Below are positions 63,811 to 64,000 of a stretch of 64,000 nucleotides of DNA, one piece after another. The position numbers and the translations under genes are program-made. The notes under the pieces were generated by a model, which saw only the letters and a list, made by a program, of their open reading frames with translations, ran no database searches and was not told the DNA's origin. The stretch covers positions 250,989 through 314,988 of the forward strand of contig VGBR01000001.1 in NCBI GenBank assembly GCA_016870355.1, given 5' to 3'. This DNA is from Actinomycetota bacterium. GTDB taxonomy: Bacteria; Actinomycetota; Acidimicrobiia; IMCC26256; PALSA-555. Position 1 is the stretch's first letter. Each line of letters opens with the position of its first letter.

Positions 63811-64000
63811 ATGGAGCAGATCAGGGCCGATCTCGAGGCGAAGGTGCCGGCGCCGATCGAGCACCTCGGCTTCTTCATGACGAAGGGGTCGTTTTCCAAG
63901 GGCCCGGCCGGAGCCACCAGTGACCTCGGCAAGATGGTCGGCGGCTTCCTGCGCAAGAAGAAGGGCGGCGACCTCACCGGGGCCACCACCGGGAAGTCGG
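63811..64000 (+). CDS. hypothetical protein, 3'-partial at the window edge
   Basis: ATG at 63811 (GTG at 63802 also possible) opens a frame to the window end: MEQIRADLEAKVPAPIEHLGFFMTKGSFSKGPAGATSDLGKMVGGFLRKKKGG... Not in the track because no stop is reached. Confidence 0.35.
   Translation, partial: MEQIRADLEAKVPAPIEHLGFFMTKGSFSKGPAGATSDLGKMVGGFLRKKKGGDLTGATTGKS

Overview
High-GC actinobacterial (Actinomycetota) chromosomal window, densely coding. Many long antisense shadow ORFs in the six-frame track were discarded. The backbone from about 26.6 to 47.5 kb is the conserved actinobacterial housekeeping block: metG-tatD-rpfB-rsmA-ispE, bS22, tRNA-Gln, glmU-prs-ctc-pth-mfd, mazG, eno-ftsB-DUF501-ppx. 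The flanks carry metabolic and accessory genes: amidohydrolases, two F420/LLM oxidoreductases, a MarR-MFS pair, an MBOAT-SGNH pair, an S8 lipoprotein peptidase, a P450, a MATE exporter, a peptide ABC operon and a CBS-citrate synthase fusion. The strongest hidden signal is at 11753..12277 (minus strand). Two ORFs in the track (95 aa and 71 aa) are one reading frame interrupted by an in-frame TGA, giving the motif D-U-G-S-C-T-S-C. A perfect hairpin begins 11 nt downstream of the TGA, as expected for a bacterial SECIS, so this is a UGSC-type selenoprotein that stop-codon-based callers split. It is translationally coupled (ATGA and GTGA overlaps) to a thioredoxin-fold CPTC protein fused to a large uncharacterised domain, and it is followed by a NIPSNAP-like protein. 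All of these lie downstream of serC, forming a candidate uncharacterised selenium-dependent redox module. Other observations: a ~135-nt direct repeat (3' end of an RHH antitoxin-like gene plus downstream DNA) brackets the ABC peptide-transporter operon next to tRNA-Leu(UAA). The RpfB-like protein has a 3 x 48-aa tandem repeat at its cytoplasmic N-terminus. A YchF paralog has a degenerate P-loop. Two tiny ribosomal protein genes (bL37, bS22) and a 42-aa membrane peptide are absent from the ORF track. At least five loci look like cleanly truncated gene remnants. No CRISPR array, rRNA, transposase or integrase was seen.
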